DNA of 64,000 bases from Gammaproteobacteria bacterium (lineage in GTDB: Bacteria; Pseudomonadota; Gammaproteobacteria; Poriferisulfidales; GCA-002705445). The stretch is from assembly GCA_045561235.1 (NCBI GenBank), contig JBJKYB010000001.1:10566-74565 (forward strand), in the 5' to 3' direction. The notes beneath the pieces were generated by a model, which did not search any database, was not told where the DNA came from, and worked only from the letters and a program-made list of their open reading frames with translations. Below are positions 9,380 to 18,989 of this stretch, one piece after another. Each line of letters begins with the position of its first letter. Position 1 is the first letter of the stretch. The position numbers and the translations under genes are program-made.

Positions 9380-10490
9380 CAAAACTCAACATAGATTTAA
9401 CCCTATTTTCGATTGAAAAGTCTACATAATCAACTTCTTGGATGGGATATAAATTAACACTATTTAATATACTTCTTATAAACGACTCTTTTGAATTTTC
9501 ATTAAAGAATAAAATATTTGAAGCAAATGGCAATTCTCTATGAGATTCAAAGTCTACAGCTATAATTTTTAAACCTGCTGCTAGATATTCAAAATATTTT
9601 AAAGGGGAAGTAAATTTTACTGAGTGACTGTTTTTACTTGAATTTATCAAAAGACCTATTTCGGATTCTTGAAGCATGTTTATAGTATTTAAATGGCTCA
9701 ACCGTCCAAGAAAATCAATATTTTTAGGAAATTTATTATTTCTATTTTTCTTTAATTCTTCAATATATTTTTCAGGACCACCAACAATCTTCAAGTTATA
9801 TTTATCTAGTCTCTGATCTTCAAAGCAAGAGATTATAAATTCAATGTTTCTTGTTGTTCCAAATCTTAAAAGTTCACCAACAAAAATAATTTGATTATTT
9901 TTCTTTCTAACATTATCTTTAAATAATTCATTTTTATATCCATTGTTTAAAACAATGTAATTAAAGTCAAACTTGATAAGTTTTTGATAGTTTTTGAATA
10001 AACTGTCATTTAAAAATATAATCTTAGATGTTTTTTTACTTAGACAAACTTTTAAAATAATATTTCTTATCTTTGAGGGTTGATGACACTCGAAAATTAC
10101 ATGCTTGTTTTGTTTAGATAAAAAATAAAATATCCAATCTGATCTTGTAAAAAAGTAATCATTTTTTGAATTATTAATTAAATTTTTTACAGTTTTCTTT
10201 GACCAAAGGAAATGGCTCAAATGATAGGTCAATTTGTTAAAAAATTTAACTTTTCCAAATGGTAAATTGTGTTTTAGTTTAACAATTTCAAAATCTTGCT
10301 CAATTCCATAGAAATTTTGTATTTGAACAAGACTGTCGGAACTAAAATCATCTCTATCTGGGAAAATTAATTTTACCTTAACTCCTTGTTTGACAATTTC
10401 AGCAATATTACTGATAGTCTGTAAAGAGTTTGCAGTGTTTGCTGGAAACGTTTGATATGTAATGTATGTTAAATTTCTCAACTTATTCAC
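9345..10490 (-). CDS. GT4 family glycosyltransferase
   Basis: ANSLQT N-terminus, FECH, FTSPLKYFEYLAAG motif; GTG start; 3' end overlaps tRNA-Arg antisense. Confidence 0.85.
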   Translation of the reverse strand: MNKLRNLTYITYQTFPANTANSLQTISNIAEIVKQGVKVKLIFPDRDDFSSDSLVQIQNFYGIEQDFEIVKLKHNLPFGKVKFFNKLTYHLSHFLWSKKTVKNLINNSKNDYFFTRSDWIFYFLSKQNKHVIFECHQPSKIRNIILKVCLSKKTSKIIFLNDSLFKNYQKLIKFDFNYIVLNNGYKNELFKDNVRKKNNQIIFVGELLRFGTTRNIEFIISCFEDQRLDKYNLKIVGGPEKYIEELKKNRNNKFPKNIDFLGRLSHLNTINMLQESEIGLLINSSKNSHSVKFTSPLKYFEYLAAGLKIIAVDFESHRELPFASNILFFNENSKESFIRSILNSVNLYPIQEVDYVDFSIENRVKSMLSFARLEGLEPPTL

Positions 10491-12438
10491 CTGGTTTTAA
10501 AACACGGTTTACGTTAAAAATAAAAATAAACAGTAAAAAAGAATTTATATATAAAAGAGAGTCACTTTTTATTAAATTTATTAAAAAGAAAAATACAAGT
10601 ACTAAATAGTAGGGATTATGTCGATTAGATATTAATTTATAAGAACAGAAAAGTAAAAATGCTGAAATTCCAAATAATCCAAAAAATATCATTAGAGACA
10701 AAACTGATGAGTGAGGAAGAATAAGTCCATAATTTGCTTTTGAAGCATGTCCAAAATAATAATCGACAATATTGTTTGGTCCTGTACCAATTAGAAGAGT
10801 GCTAAAACTTGGATTATATTTTCCAAAAAATACACCCCACTTTTCACTTCTATTGATTGGAGATGCTACGGAGCTAATTAATGATGTAATGTTAGGAACA
10901 CTATTCCTTTTACTAAAGTGATATTGACTAACTAAGTAATTGAGTGATGTTGAGATTTTTTCATCAGTCCCTTCGCTTAAAATAACTTCATAGAATCGAT
11001 TTTCATCTACAGATGTTTGACCAAACTGATTAGTACTTAAGTATTCAATATTAGAAACTGCAAAGCTTTCTTTTAACAATTTTCTGCTCGATTCTTCAAT
11101 TGAGTAAGTATTAAAGAATAAAAAATATACAATAGGAAAAAATATCAGAACAGAAAATATTGAAAGGAATTTAATTTTTTTATTTTTAATATTCACAAGT
11201 AGAAATAGTAAAAATGTAAAAGCTATTAAAGAAATCAGAGCAGCAAAATTATTAGATTTATATAATCCAAAGCAGTTGATTAGTAAAAAACATACTTCAT
11301 AAACAGATAAACTATAATTTTTTTTATAAATTGCAATTACTAAAGTTAGTAAAATTATAAAAGCATAAAATTCACCAATTGATTCTGCACTTGGACTTAT
11401 CCCCCTCCAAGCATTTCCTTCCACAGACTCAAAAGTTTTACTTGCTGTTTTATTTAATCCAAGGTAATAGTAAGTTAAAAAATTAATAGCAGGATGCAAT
11501 GCTGAAATGACTGAAAATAAAACTACTAAACTTCCTGATAATAAAAAATTAAATCTCAGTTTTATAAGATCGATTTCATTTATTGAAATATTACATATAA
11601 ACAAAAACCCAAACATAAAAAATAAAAAAGAAAGGGACCAGAAAAATACTGAATTTAAATTATATGCCGAGCTTGTAAATCCTTTTATTTTATCAACATC
11701 AAAAAAAGCTATATTGTTTTCGATACTAGAAATCCAAAAATAGACAAAAGGCAAATACAGCACAAGAAAAAATTTATTACCTAAATTTTTGAACAATGCG
11801 TTGATTCCAATAAACATTAAAAATAAGTAAATAATATTTAGATTGGAACTATTAAACGTCCCAGATAATACAAATAAAAAAGGTATAAAATATAAAATAT
11901 TTTTTATTCTTCTTTCCGCCATATCTGAAAATATTCTTAAGAGAATAAAACAAGTAAGAATAATCGAATATAGAAGATAATTATTTTTCCAATCTGTCGA
12001 AAAAATTTTTGAATTAAAGCTATAAAATGCATTTTCAGAAAAGAAATGTATCAATATTAAAATTATTGAAATAAAAATTGATATATTTTTGAATTCTAAA
12101 TTATATTTTTTATGTTTTGGAATTAAAGAAAATAAGATTAACCAAAATAAAGCTTGAATAATTAAATCTAAGTTTAGATTTGTTCCCACATATACAACTG
12201 GTTTTTGATCTATCTCATCAGCACCATTTATTTTGGAAAAACAGTCTATAGTTGCAGGTTTATCTAGATTTATTAAATAACTCTTTTCAGGATTTTGCAT
12301 TATAAATTCAAAAAAAGAATATTTACAGGTAGTAGATTGGTAGTTGCCAATACTATTATTTTCTATTTTAGAAATAGTGTCAAGTGAATCAGAATTGTTT
12401 ATTGTCCATGGTAAAAGAATCAAGATAACAATTAACAA
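10483..12438 (-). CDS. Polytopic membrane protein, O-antigen ligase/polymerase-like
   Basis: Many TM segments; RSEKW...LIGTG...PHSS...GLFG pattern of Wzy_C/WaaL loop. Confidence 0.6.
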   Translation of the reverse strand: MLIVILILLPWTINNSDSLDTISKIENNSIGNYQSTTCKYSFFEFIMQNPEKSYLINLDKPATIDCFSKINGADEIDQKPVVYVGTNLNLDLIIQALFWLILFSLIPKHKKYNLEFKNISIFISIILILIHFFSENAFYSFNSKIFSTDWKNNYLLYSIILTCFILLRIFSDMAERRIKNILYFIPFLFVLSGTFNSSNLNIIYLFLMFIGINALFKNLGNKFFLVLYLPFVYFWISSIENNIAFFDVDKIKGFTSSAYNLNSVFFWSLSFLFFMFGFLFICNISINEIDLIKLRFNFLLSGSLVVLFSVISALHPAINFLTYYYLGLNKTASKTFESVEGNAWRGISPSAESIGEFYAFIILLTLVIAIYKKNYSLSVYEVCFLLINCFGLYKSNNFAALISLIAFTFLLFLLVNIKNKKIKFLSIFSVLIFFPIVYFLFFNTYSIEESSRKLLKESFAVSNIEYLSTNQFGQTSVDENRFYEVILSEGTDEKISTSLNYLVSQYHFSKRNSVPNITSLISSVASPINRSEKWGVFFGKYNPSFSTLLIGTGPNNIVDYYFGHASKANYGLILPHSSVLSLMIFFGLFGISAFLLFCSYKLISNRHNPYYLVLVFFFLINLIKSDSLLYINSFLLFIFIFNVNRVLKPGE

Positions 12439-12471
12439 GTATTTAAATAATTTTGAAATTTTTAAAATTTT

Positions 12472-12774
12472 TTATTCCTTTATTTTTGTGTAAATATTTG
12501 AAGCAATTAAAAAAATTGAAGCAATACCTAATATATAAAACAAATTTTTTTCATAATTAATTATATTTGTAAAATTAGTTACCCACCCACCATTTACATA
12601 ATTTGCACATTCAACCCACGAGTTAACGGTTACAGCGGAGCCGGATTCGTTAAATAGCGTTATAGAAGAAAAATTTGGGTCTGCTTCAAACACAAAGTTT
12701 GGGTCACTTTTAATTTTTTCAAAATCAAACACTTTGTCTGATTCACCACATATAGCTAATATGTTTGTGTCCAT
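12472..12774 (-). CDS. Small hypothetical protein with C-terminal TM helix
   Basis: 100 aa ORF co-oriented with downstream ligase-like gene. Confidence 0.65.
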   Translation of the reverse strand: MDTNILAICGESDKVFDFEKIKSDPNFVFEADPNFSSITLFNESGSAVTVNSWVECANYVNGGWVTNFTNIINYEKNLFYILGIASIFLIASNIYTKIKE

Positions 12775-12866
12775 ATAATATTATCTCTTAAATTAAGACT
12801 TAATTGAATGATAATATTACATCTATTAATTACCTCATATTTCATATTTCGAATAATATATGTTTT

Positions 12867-13709
12867 ATGAAAGGTGACCCCGGATACTTTGGTCCTGACT
12901 CAATGATGTGGAAGGTAAACAAAGAAATCACTGTACTTTTTGGAGGCGCAAGAGCACTATTGATGCATGCTGCGCACCCACTTATCGCTGCAGGAGCTAG
13001 ACAAACCTCTTTCTATCAAAGAGATCCATGGAAAAGATTGATTAGAACTTTATCTCTTCAAAATTCAGTTACATTTGGAACTAAAGCTGAAGCTGATGAA
13101 AGTGCACATAGAATAAACAAGCTACATGAAGTAATTAAGGGAGAGGATGAGGTCACAGGTGGCTATTATGATGCACTTGACCATGAACAGCTTTTATGGG
13201 TACATGCATGTTTACAGATCTCTTCAATTTATTTTTATGAAAAAACAGTAGGTAAGTTAACCGATGATGAAAAAAATAAATATCACGAAGAAAACACCCT
13301 TGCTGCAGACATGGTATTAGTTGATATTAGCCAAATGCCTAAAACTCACAGCAAATTAAAAGAGTGGGTAATTCAAAAATCTAAAGAAAAAAATTATTTG
13401 ATAAAAACTGATGTTGCCATGGATGTATATGACATAATTGGTGGCGGTCCTGTTCCTAAACATATAAAACCAATATGGCCTTTTATTGCATTTACTGCAT
13501 TCAATACACTACCAAAAGAGTTTAAAGATATATATGGAATAAAAAGCTCAAGAATTAAACTATTTTTAGTAAATTTCAACCTTTTTTTATTGAAGTTTAC
13601 AAGACCTTTTCTTCCACCATTCTTTCGTTTAATAGCACCAGCTCGTTGGGCAAAGCAAAGAATTACAAATTCTCCTAACTTATCATTTAAAGACAAAGCT
13701 AACTACTAA
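12867..13709 (+). CDS. MpaB/DUF2236 (rubber oxygenase-like) family oxygenase
   Basis: GYFGPDSMMWKV, ALLMHAAHPLIAAG, RINKLH, LLWVHA; start moved to ATG 12867. Confidence 0.85.
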   Translation: MKGDPGYFGPDSMMWKVNKEITVLFGGARALLMHAAHPLIAAGARQTSFYQRDPWKRLIRTLSLQNSVTFGTKAEADESAHRINKLHEVIKGEDEVTGGYYDALDHEQLLWVHACLQISSIYFYEKTVGKLTDDEKNKYHEENTLAADMVLVDISQMPKTHSKLKEWVIQKSKEKNYLIKTDVAMDVYDIIGGGPVPKHIKPIWPFIAFTAFNTLPKEFKDIYGIKSSRIKLFLVNFNLFLLKFTRPFLPPFFRLIAPARWAKQRITNSPNLSFKDKANY

Positions 13710-13726
13710 GCAATATAATAAACTAC

Positions 13727-14041
13727 ATGAATGAAGAACGAAACTGGTCAGATATCTCGAAAGATATGTCAAATGTTGCAAAAAAAATAAAATCACGTAT
13801 TGATGAAGAAGACCTTGTAGATGATTTAAAAGATACTTTTAAAAATACTATTGAGAATACTTCAGAATTGATAAATAGTATTATTCAGACTGTCGAGTCA
13901 ACAGTTACTGATGAAGAAATAAAAAAAGAAACAAAAGAAATTGTTAGCAATATAAATCAGGAACTTAAAAGCATATTAAATGAAACAAAAAGTAAATTTT
14001 CCAATACTCATGACTCAAGTACTGTTCTTGAGGAAGAGTAA
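13727..14041 (+). CDS. Hypothetical acidic coiled-coil protein
   Basis: 104 aa ORF; TATAAT 7 nt before ATG. Confidence 0.65.
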   Translation: MNEERNWSDISKDMSNVAKKIKSRIDEEDLVDDLKDTFKNTIENTSELINSIIQTVESTVTDEEIKKETKEIVSNINQELKSILNETKSKFSNTHDSSTVLEEE

Positions 14042-14100
14042 ACATTATATTCCTTATAAAGAAGAGAAATGTTTATACTAATCTTTGTTATTGATTAACT

Positions 14101-14173
14101 GGGTCGGTAGCTCAATCGGCAGAGCAGGAGCCTTTTAAGCTCAAGGTCGTGGGTTCGATTCCCACCCGACCCA
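14101..14173 (+). tRNA. tRNA-Lys(UUU)
   Basis: Acceptor GGGTCGG/CCGACCC, anticodon loop CTTTTAA, T arm GTGGG-TTCGATT-CCCAC. Confidence 0.93.
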
Positions 14174-15607
14174 CTAAATACCTCGAATTTTTTTTGAAAA
14201 CATTGCAAAAGGGGTTTTTAAGATGATTTCAAGATCAAGAAAAAGACTCCAATTTTCTATATATTCTATGTCGTATTTATACCAGGTCTCAAAATCGTTT
14301 GTATTTCTTTCATTTATTTGAAGCAAGCCAGTAATTCCCGGCATTACGTTTAACCGTCTCATGTAACTAGTTGTGAATAGTTCTGTATCATTATCAAATA
14401 AAGGTCGAGGTCCAACTATTGACATCTCTCCTTTAAGTACATTAATTAGTTGAGGCAATTCATCTAAACTATACTCTCTAATAAAAGAAAGTCCTTTCAG
14501 AATTCTTGGGTCATTTTCAATTTTAAATAAAGGACCTTTACCTTTGTTGAGATCTTCAAGTTCACTTCGTAATTCATGAGACTCCTTTTTCATTGTTCTG
14601 AATTTATACATACTAAATTGATCTCCATGTAATCCAACTCGATTTTGTTTAATAACGATTGGAGTACCATCTTTTATAAAAATAAAAATAGAAATTAATA
14701 AAATAACCGGCGAGAACAATGCCAATAAAATTAAACTAAGAAAAATATCATTTGCTCTTTTCAGGATAAACTTGGCACCGTATTGTATATCATTATTAAA
14801 ATAAATAAGCCTAGAGTCTTCTAAAGCTTCTTCCCTATAAATAAAATTATTAGCAAACTTTAATTTACTTTTTGAAATTATTAAAACTTTTTTATTTAGA
14901 TTAATTAAATATTTTTCAAGCTCTTCTGAAATGGATTCAAAATTTAACTCTATAACAACTAAATTTACTTTATTCTTCTTATTCTCCCTATTAATAATCT
15001 TTATAATTTCTTCACTTGTATTAATACTTTCTGTAAAAAAAGATCCTAAGTTTTTTCGAAAAGTCATTATTCTTAATTTTCTAAATTTTGAATTCTCATC
15101 CAAGTTAAATGAAATAAAAGATTCATTTGTTACAGATCTGCCGAGTAAAGTTGATATAAATTCAGTATTTCTAAAAACAAGCAATATTAAAGGAATTAGA
15201 AAAGAAAATAGCAAAAGACTTCCTCTAAACAAGTTATTAAACCTTAATATAAAGAAGCTAACCATTAAGTAGCTTGTCCAAACAAGGTAAATTTGAAAAT
15301 ACTCACCAAACAGATTTCTATTCATAGAGTATGTAAGTTCATTTACATATGTATAAAACTTTGTCGAATAAAGTAAAAGTAAAAAAATAAATATTAATAA
15401 TGCCAAAACTAAATCTACAGAAATTAAACTATCACTTAGTAAAGGAAAAAACCGTTCTTTGTCTTCAAGTAAATTGAGATAAATCTCTCTCTTAAATTCT
15501 TGACTCCAAATTAAATAATTATCAAAGTAAAAGATTGTAAATGCTGTGAGAATTCCTTGTAACATTAGGAATCTAAGTGAATATTTTGCTAAAGCCTTTA
15601 TCTTCAT
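14174..15607 (-). CDS. Initiating polyprenyl-phosphate phosphoglycosyltransferase (WcaJ/WbaP-type sugar transferase)
   Basis: KRANDI, YKFRTM, DPRI, SLDELPQLINVLKGEMSIVGPRP, PGITGLLQ, DIEYIENWSLFLD. Confidence 0.92.
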   Translation of the reverse strand: MKIKALAKYSLRFLMLQGILTAFTIFYFDNYLIWSQEFKREIYLNLLEDKERFFPLLSDSLISVDLVLALLIFIFLLLLYSTKFYTYVNELTYSMNRNLFGEYFQIYLVWTSYLMVSFFILRFNNLFRGSLLLFSFLIPLILLVFRNTEFISTLLGRSVTNESFISFNLDENSKFRKLRIMTFRKNLGSFFTESINTSEEIIKIINRENKKNKVNLVVIELNFESISEELEKYLINLNKKVLIISKSKLKFANNFIYREEALEDSRLIYFNNDIQYGAKFILKRANDIFLSLILLALFSPVILLISIFIFIKDGTPIVIKQNRVGLHGDQFSMYKFRTMKKESHELRSELEDLNKGKGPLFKIENDPRILKGLSFIREYSLDELPQLINVLKGEMSIVGPRPLFDNDTELFTTSYMRRLNVMPGITGLLQINERNTNDFETWYKYDIEYIENWSLFLDLEIILKTPFAMFSKKIRGI

Positions 15608-15675
15608 CTACTCCATATTATTGGTAATAAATTTATTACTATGTATTTTTTTTGTAGTTATACTTTATTTATTAC

Positions 15676-15753
15676 GGGGGCGTGGTGAAGTCTGGAGTTC
15701 ACGCCTGCCTGTCACGCAGGAGGTCGCGGGTTCGAATCCCGTCGTCCCCGCCA
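15676..15753 (+). tRNA. tRNA-Asp(GUC)
   Basis: Acceptor GGGGGCG/CGTCCCC, anticodon arm CCTGC-CTGTCAC-GCAGG, T arm GCGGG-TTCGAAT-CCCGT, encoded CCA. Confidence 0.95.
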
Positions 15754-15756
15754 ACT

Positions 15757-15829
15757 GGCCAGATAGCTCAGTCGGTAGAGCACTTGTCTGAAAAACAAGG
15801 GGTCGGCAGTTCGATTCTGCCTCTGGCCA
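15757..15829 (+). tRNA. tRNA-Phe(GAA)
   Basis: Acceptor GGCCAGA/TCTGGCC, anticodon arm CTTGT-CTGAAAA-ACAAG, T arm GGCAG-TTCGATT-CTGCC. Confidence 0.95.
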
Positions 15830-15855
15830 CTGGGTTTTTTCCTAGTGAACACAGA

Positions 15856-15876
15856 ACTGTGCCATAAACTGTGGCA
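15856..15876 (+). repeat. Tandem 9-bp direct repeat, candidate integrase arm-type site
   Basis: ACTGTGCCA-TAA-ACTGTGGCA. Confidence 0.6.
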
Positions 15877-15954
15877 GATAGTTTGAAGATTTAGACTTAT
15901 AAACAACAAATTTTTTATAATTGTCAATCGTAGTACTATTGAAAAAAGAAAAAT

Positions 15955-16875
15955 ATGATGAAGAACAAGATGAAGAACAATTCTAATATTAGTTTTAAAA
16001 ACAAGCTTGTGGCTGGAGCTCTTGTCTCTGGTGTTGCAATTACTGCGTTTGTCTTAATTAGTGATTTAGATATTTCTTCAGATGATATTAATGAAATTTT
16101 TGATGAGGCATTAGAAGAGAATACTGAGCTTGTAACTAAATTGTGTAAAGAAAATCTAAATGAAACTACAGAAGCTCAAGAATTTCTTGACATTCTTGGT
16201 GATTCGGGCTTTAACATTGGTGGTGATTCGGGCTTTAACATTGGTGATCCGGGCTTTACAGAAGACAATAATCAGCTCGCTACAGTCATAAAGAGGTGTG
16301 ATGAAATTTTGAATTCTACAACTATTACTCTTACTTCAACAACCATTCCCGTTGAGACAACAATTCCAGTTGAGACAACTACAACTACGACTATTCCGAG
16401 CACAGAGTGTGATGAGTCCTTATCTAAAGTTGTAGCTGAAGACCCTAGCCAGGTTAGGGTATCTATTATTCAAGATGCCATTTATGCAGAGTATTACGAT
16501 GATGGGGAATCTTATATTGATAAAGGTATCTTGATTTGTTGGGAACCATTTTTAGTTGACGGGTTAGAATCTGAAGACTACTGGGTAGTATTTGGTTGGA
16601 CATTAGATGATTATATCTCAGCTGACGGAGGTAGTTATGACACCGGAGTAATTTATTCAGTGTCATCAAGATATGGACCTTATGGAGATGAAGAACCCGC
16701 CAGAACATATATGTTTTTTGATTATGAGTATTTTTATAATTTTGATGAAGCAAAACCATTCATTGTGAATGAAAAATTGCAGATTTACTTCCAAATAGAA
16801 GCACTTAATGAGAGCTCTCCGAATTATTGGTCTGAAAAAACTCAGCCTGTTTCAGTCATAATAGATGTTCCTTAA
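15955..16875 (+). CDS. Membrane-anchored acidic surface protein with GDSGFNIG repeats and Thr-rich linker (cassette cargo)
   Basis: N-terminal TM (LVAGALVSGVAITAFVLI), GDSGFNIG x2 plus DPGF, TTIPVE x2, aromatic-rich C-terminal domain. Confidence 0.8.
   Translation: MMKNKMKNNSNISFKNKLVAGALVSGVAITAFVLISDLDISSDDINEIFDEALEENTELVTKLCKENLNETTEAQEFLDILGDSGFNIGGDSGFNIGDPGFTEDNNQLATVIKRCDEILNSTTITLTSTTIPVETTIPVETTTTTTIPSTECDESLSKVVAEDPSQVRVSIIQDAIYAEYYDDGESYIDKGILICWEPFLVDGLESEDYWVVFGWTLDDYISADGGSYDTGVIYSVSSRYGPYGDEEPARTYMFFDYEYFYNFDEAKPFIVNEKLQIYFQIEALNESSPNYWSEKTQPVSVIIDVP
16198..16258 (+). repeat. In-frame 24-bp tandem repeat
   Basis: GGTGATTCGGGCTTTAACATTGGT x2 followed by partial GATCCGGGCTTTA. 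Confidence 0.9.
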
Positions 16876-16917
16876 ATACTAAATAATTACAACAAGAAGT
16901 TATCTAGGAAGTTATTT

Positions 16918-16937
16918 ACTGTGCCAAAACTGTGCCA
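16918..16937 (+). repeat. Tandem 9-bp direct repeat, candidate integrase arm-type site
   Basis: ACTGTGCCA-AA-ACTGTGCCA, same motif and orientation as 15856-15876. Confidence 0.6.
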
Positions 16938-17055
16938 CTTGGGTTTCTTTATTGTGATTTATTTACTGCTCGTTAGATGATACAAGCGCAAGGTAATGAG
17001 CGAAAACTAACAACGAATAAGTTACAATGAGATAAGGTCAAGTGGTCTGCCTTTA

Positions 17056-17100
17056 TCTGAAAAACAAGGGGTCGGCAGTTCGATTCTGCCTCTGGCCACT
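17056..17100 (+). repeat. att-like copy of tRNA-Phe 3' half (exact)
   Basis: TCTGAAAAACAAGGGGTCGGCAGTTCGATTCTGCCTCTGGCCACT identical to 15787-15831. Confidence 0.97.
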
Positions 17101-17153
17101 AGATAATTATAAAAAACAATATGAATATACAGCTTATTTTGAAGATATAAACA

Positions 17154-17981
17154 ATGTGCAAAAAAACTGTCTTAAATAGATTGACTGGAAGAGATTTTTA
17201 TTTAAGTTATGCCGCATTTTCAATAGTCGCTACAAATCGATTAAAACTTTTTAAATTAGGAAAATTTGTTGACATAAACGAAGTCAGTAAATCAGATGAT
17301 ATGTATGGTGTTTGGAAAAATGTTAACAATTTGAATAAGTTTTTAGGGTTTCGACTTACAAATATAGATTTAATACAGTTTATATCTACGTTGCTATCTC
17401 AAAAGGTTGTTTATACAGAAATAGGCGTTTCTGTATTAAAAAATTTTTACTTAATGGCAAATTTTTTAAACAAGTCTGAATTATATGCATTTGATATTAA
17501 TGATATATATAAGCCTATGGAGGAGAAATTTAAATTTGTGAATAAATCTGGGATTAAAAAAAACTATGTTTTGGACAACAATGAAATAATTTATTTTAAA
17601 GGGGATGTTTTTTCTTCAGATGACTTGACAGCTTTTTCTGATGAATTTAAAGGAAAGACAAATTTAATTTATTCAGATGCTGATCACACAGAAAAAGGTT
17701 TGCTGTTTGAATATGAATATTTTTATAAATTAGTTTTGGATGAAGAGTTTATTTTATACTTCGATGATGTAAACTCAAAAACTATGCCTGGGTTTTTAAA
17801 AATTCTCGAAAAAATTAGAACAGAAAGACCCTCCAGTAGTATTAATGGTTATACATTCTGGATAAATGGCTGGATGGGAAAGAATAAAAATCAGCATCGA
17901 AATGGAATAATAAGTACTGTGAATATTCACAATGCATTGAAAAAAAATAAAATAAAGTTAAAAAACTTCAAGATACTTTAG
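17154..17981 (+). CDS. Putative class I SAM-dependent methyltransferase
   Basis: YTEIGVS, YAFDIN, IYSDADH, LYFDD motifs. Confidence 0.6.
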   Translation: MCKKTVLNRLTGRDFYLSYAAFSIVATNRLKLFKLGKFVDINEVSKSDDMYGVWKNVNNLNKFLGFRLTNIDLIQFISTLLSQKVVYTEIGVSVLKNFYLMANFLNKSELYAFDINDIYKPMEEKFKFVNKSGIKKNYVLDNNEIIYFKGDVFSSDDLTAFSDEFKGKTNLIYSDADHTEKGLLFEYEYFYKLVLDEEFILYFDDVNSKTMPGFLKILEKIRTERPSSSINGYTFWINGWMGKNKNQHRNGIISTVNIHNALKKNKIKLKNFKIL

Positions 17982-17993
17982 CGATTATTAATT

Positions 17994-18839
17994 TTAGACT
18001 TTTATACCAACTCTTCCTGTAAAATCTGATTGAGCAAAAAATGGCCTTGTAGGTGTATCGTGCCTTAAAAAATAGTCATCAACTGCTTTTCTTGCTCCAT
18101 CCCAATACCCATAATCATCGATTAGAAGTACTCCACCAATTTCAAGTTTAGGATACAAAACTTCTAATTCAACGATAGTTGAATCGTACCAATCAGTATC
18201 AAGCCTTAAAACAGAAATTTTTTCAGGTAAATTTGATTTAATTTTTAAAGTATCTTCTACTTTTCCTTTTATAAAAGTTATATTTTCGAGAGTTAAGCCT
18301 GCTTTTTTAAAATTTTCTCTTACCTCATCTAGGGAGGCATAGCACCAAGAATTGAAATTTAGTTCTTGGTGTTTATTAAAGACATTTTTTGAGGTATCAC
18401 CAATAAATACTGATTTATCTACACCATCATCAGGTTCACTCATTCCTGTAAAGGTATCATAAATGTAAAAATTTCTATTTTTAAAGTACTTCTTACATGC
18501 AAGTGATGCTGCTATAGCATTACCACCCCTCCATGTTCCACACTCTACAAATGAACCTCGAATATTATTAAACTCTACATGCTTGACCGCTAGGACAGTG
18601 TCTGTCAATCTAGCGGGAGATACCATTGTTAAATCATTTTTTAAAACATACTTTATTGCATTTACATCTTCTTCATTTAATTCTGGTCGCTTTTCTAGAA
18701 ATTTATTTTTTTTTATTCTTTCAACTCTTTCTAGATTCAAATATTCATAGCTAAGTTGTTTGTTATCATATTTAGTTTTTAAGATTTCGTAATTAAATGA
18801 TTCAAAAATTTTTTTAATTATTTTTTTAAAAAACTGCAT
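17994..18839 (-). CDS. TylF/MycF/NovP-family O-methyltransferase
   Basis: GSFVECGTWRGG, YDTFTGM, LRLDTDWYDST, LIDDYGYWDGARKAVD. Confidence 0.92.
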   Translation of the reverse strand: MQFFKKIIKKIFESFNYEILKTKYDNKQLSYEYLNLERVERIKKNKFLEKRPELNEEDVNAIKYVLKNDLTMVSPARLTDTVLAVKHVEFNNIRGSFVECGTWRGGNAIAASLACKKYFKNRNFYIYDTFTGMSEPDDGVDKSVFIGDTSKNVFNKHQELNFNSWCYASLDEVRENFKKAGLTLENITFIKGKVEDTLKIKSNLPEKISVLRLDTDWYDSTIVELEVLYPKLEIGGVLLIDDYGYWDGARKAVDDYFLRHDTPTRPFFAQSDFTGRVGIKV

Positions 18840-18989
18840 TACATAAATTAATTTAGCAGGTTTGAATCATAGCTTGATTCAATTGGAATAATTGTTATTT
18901 ATCAAATCAAAACTTGTAAAGAAGACTAATTTAAATTATTTGCATGGCTGTAGATTTTGATTGAGATTTAGTATAAAGTTTTTTATGAA

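Larger units (their letters stand above)
15787..17100. mobile_element. Non-autonomous tRNA-Phe-integrated mini-element (1269-bp repeat unit, one cargo gene, no integrase)
   Basis: Exact 45-bp direct repeat 15787-15831 / 17056-17100 starting at the anticodon loop; paired ACTGTG(C/G)CA repeats inside both ends. Confidence 0.8.

Noticed and set aside
15546-15927. ORFs 15546-15791, 15682-15867 and 15712-15927
   Set aside because: They overlap tRNA-Asp and tRNA-Phe; they are shadows of GC-rich RNA genes
17026-17100. Second functional tRNA-Phe gene
   Set aside because: The 5' acceptor strand and D arm cannot pair with the 3' half; only the part from the anticodon loop onward is conserved
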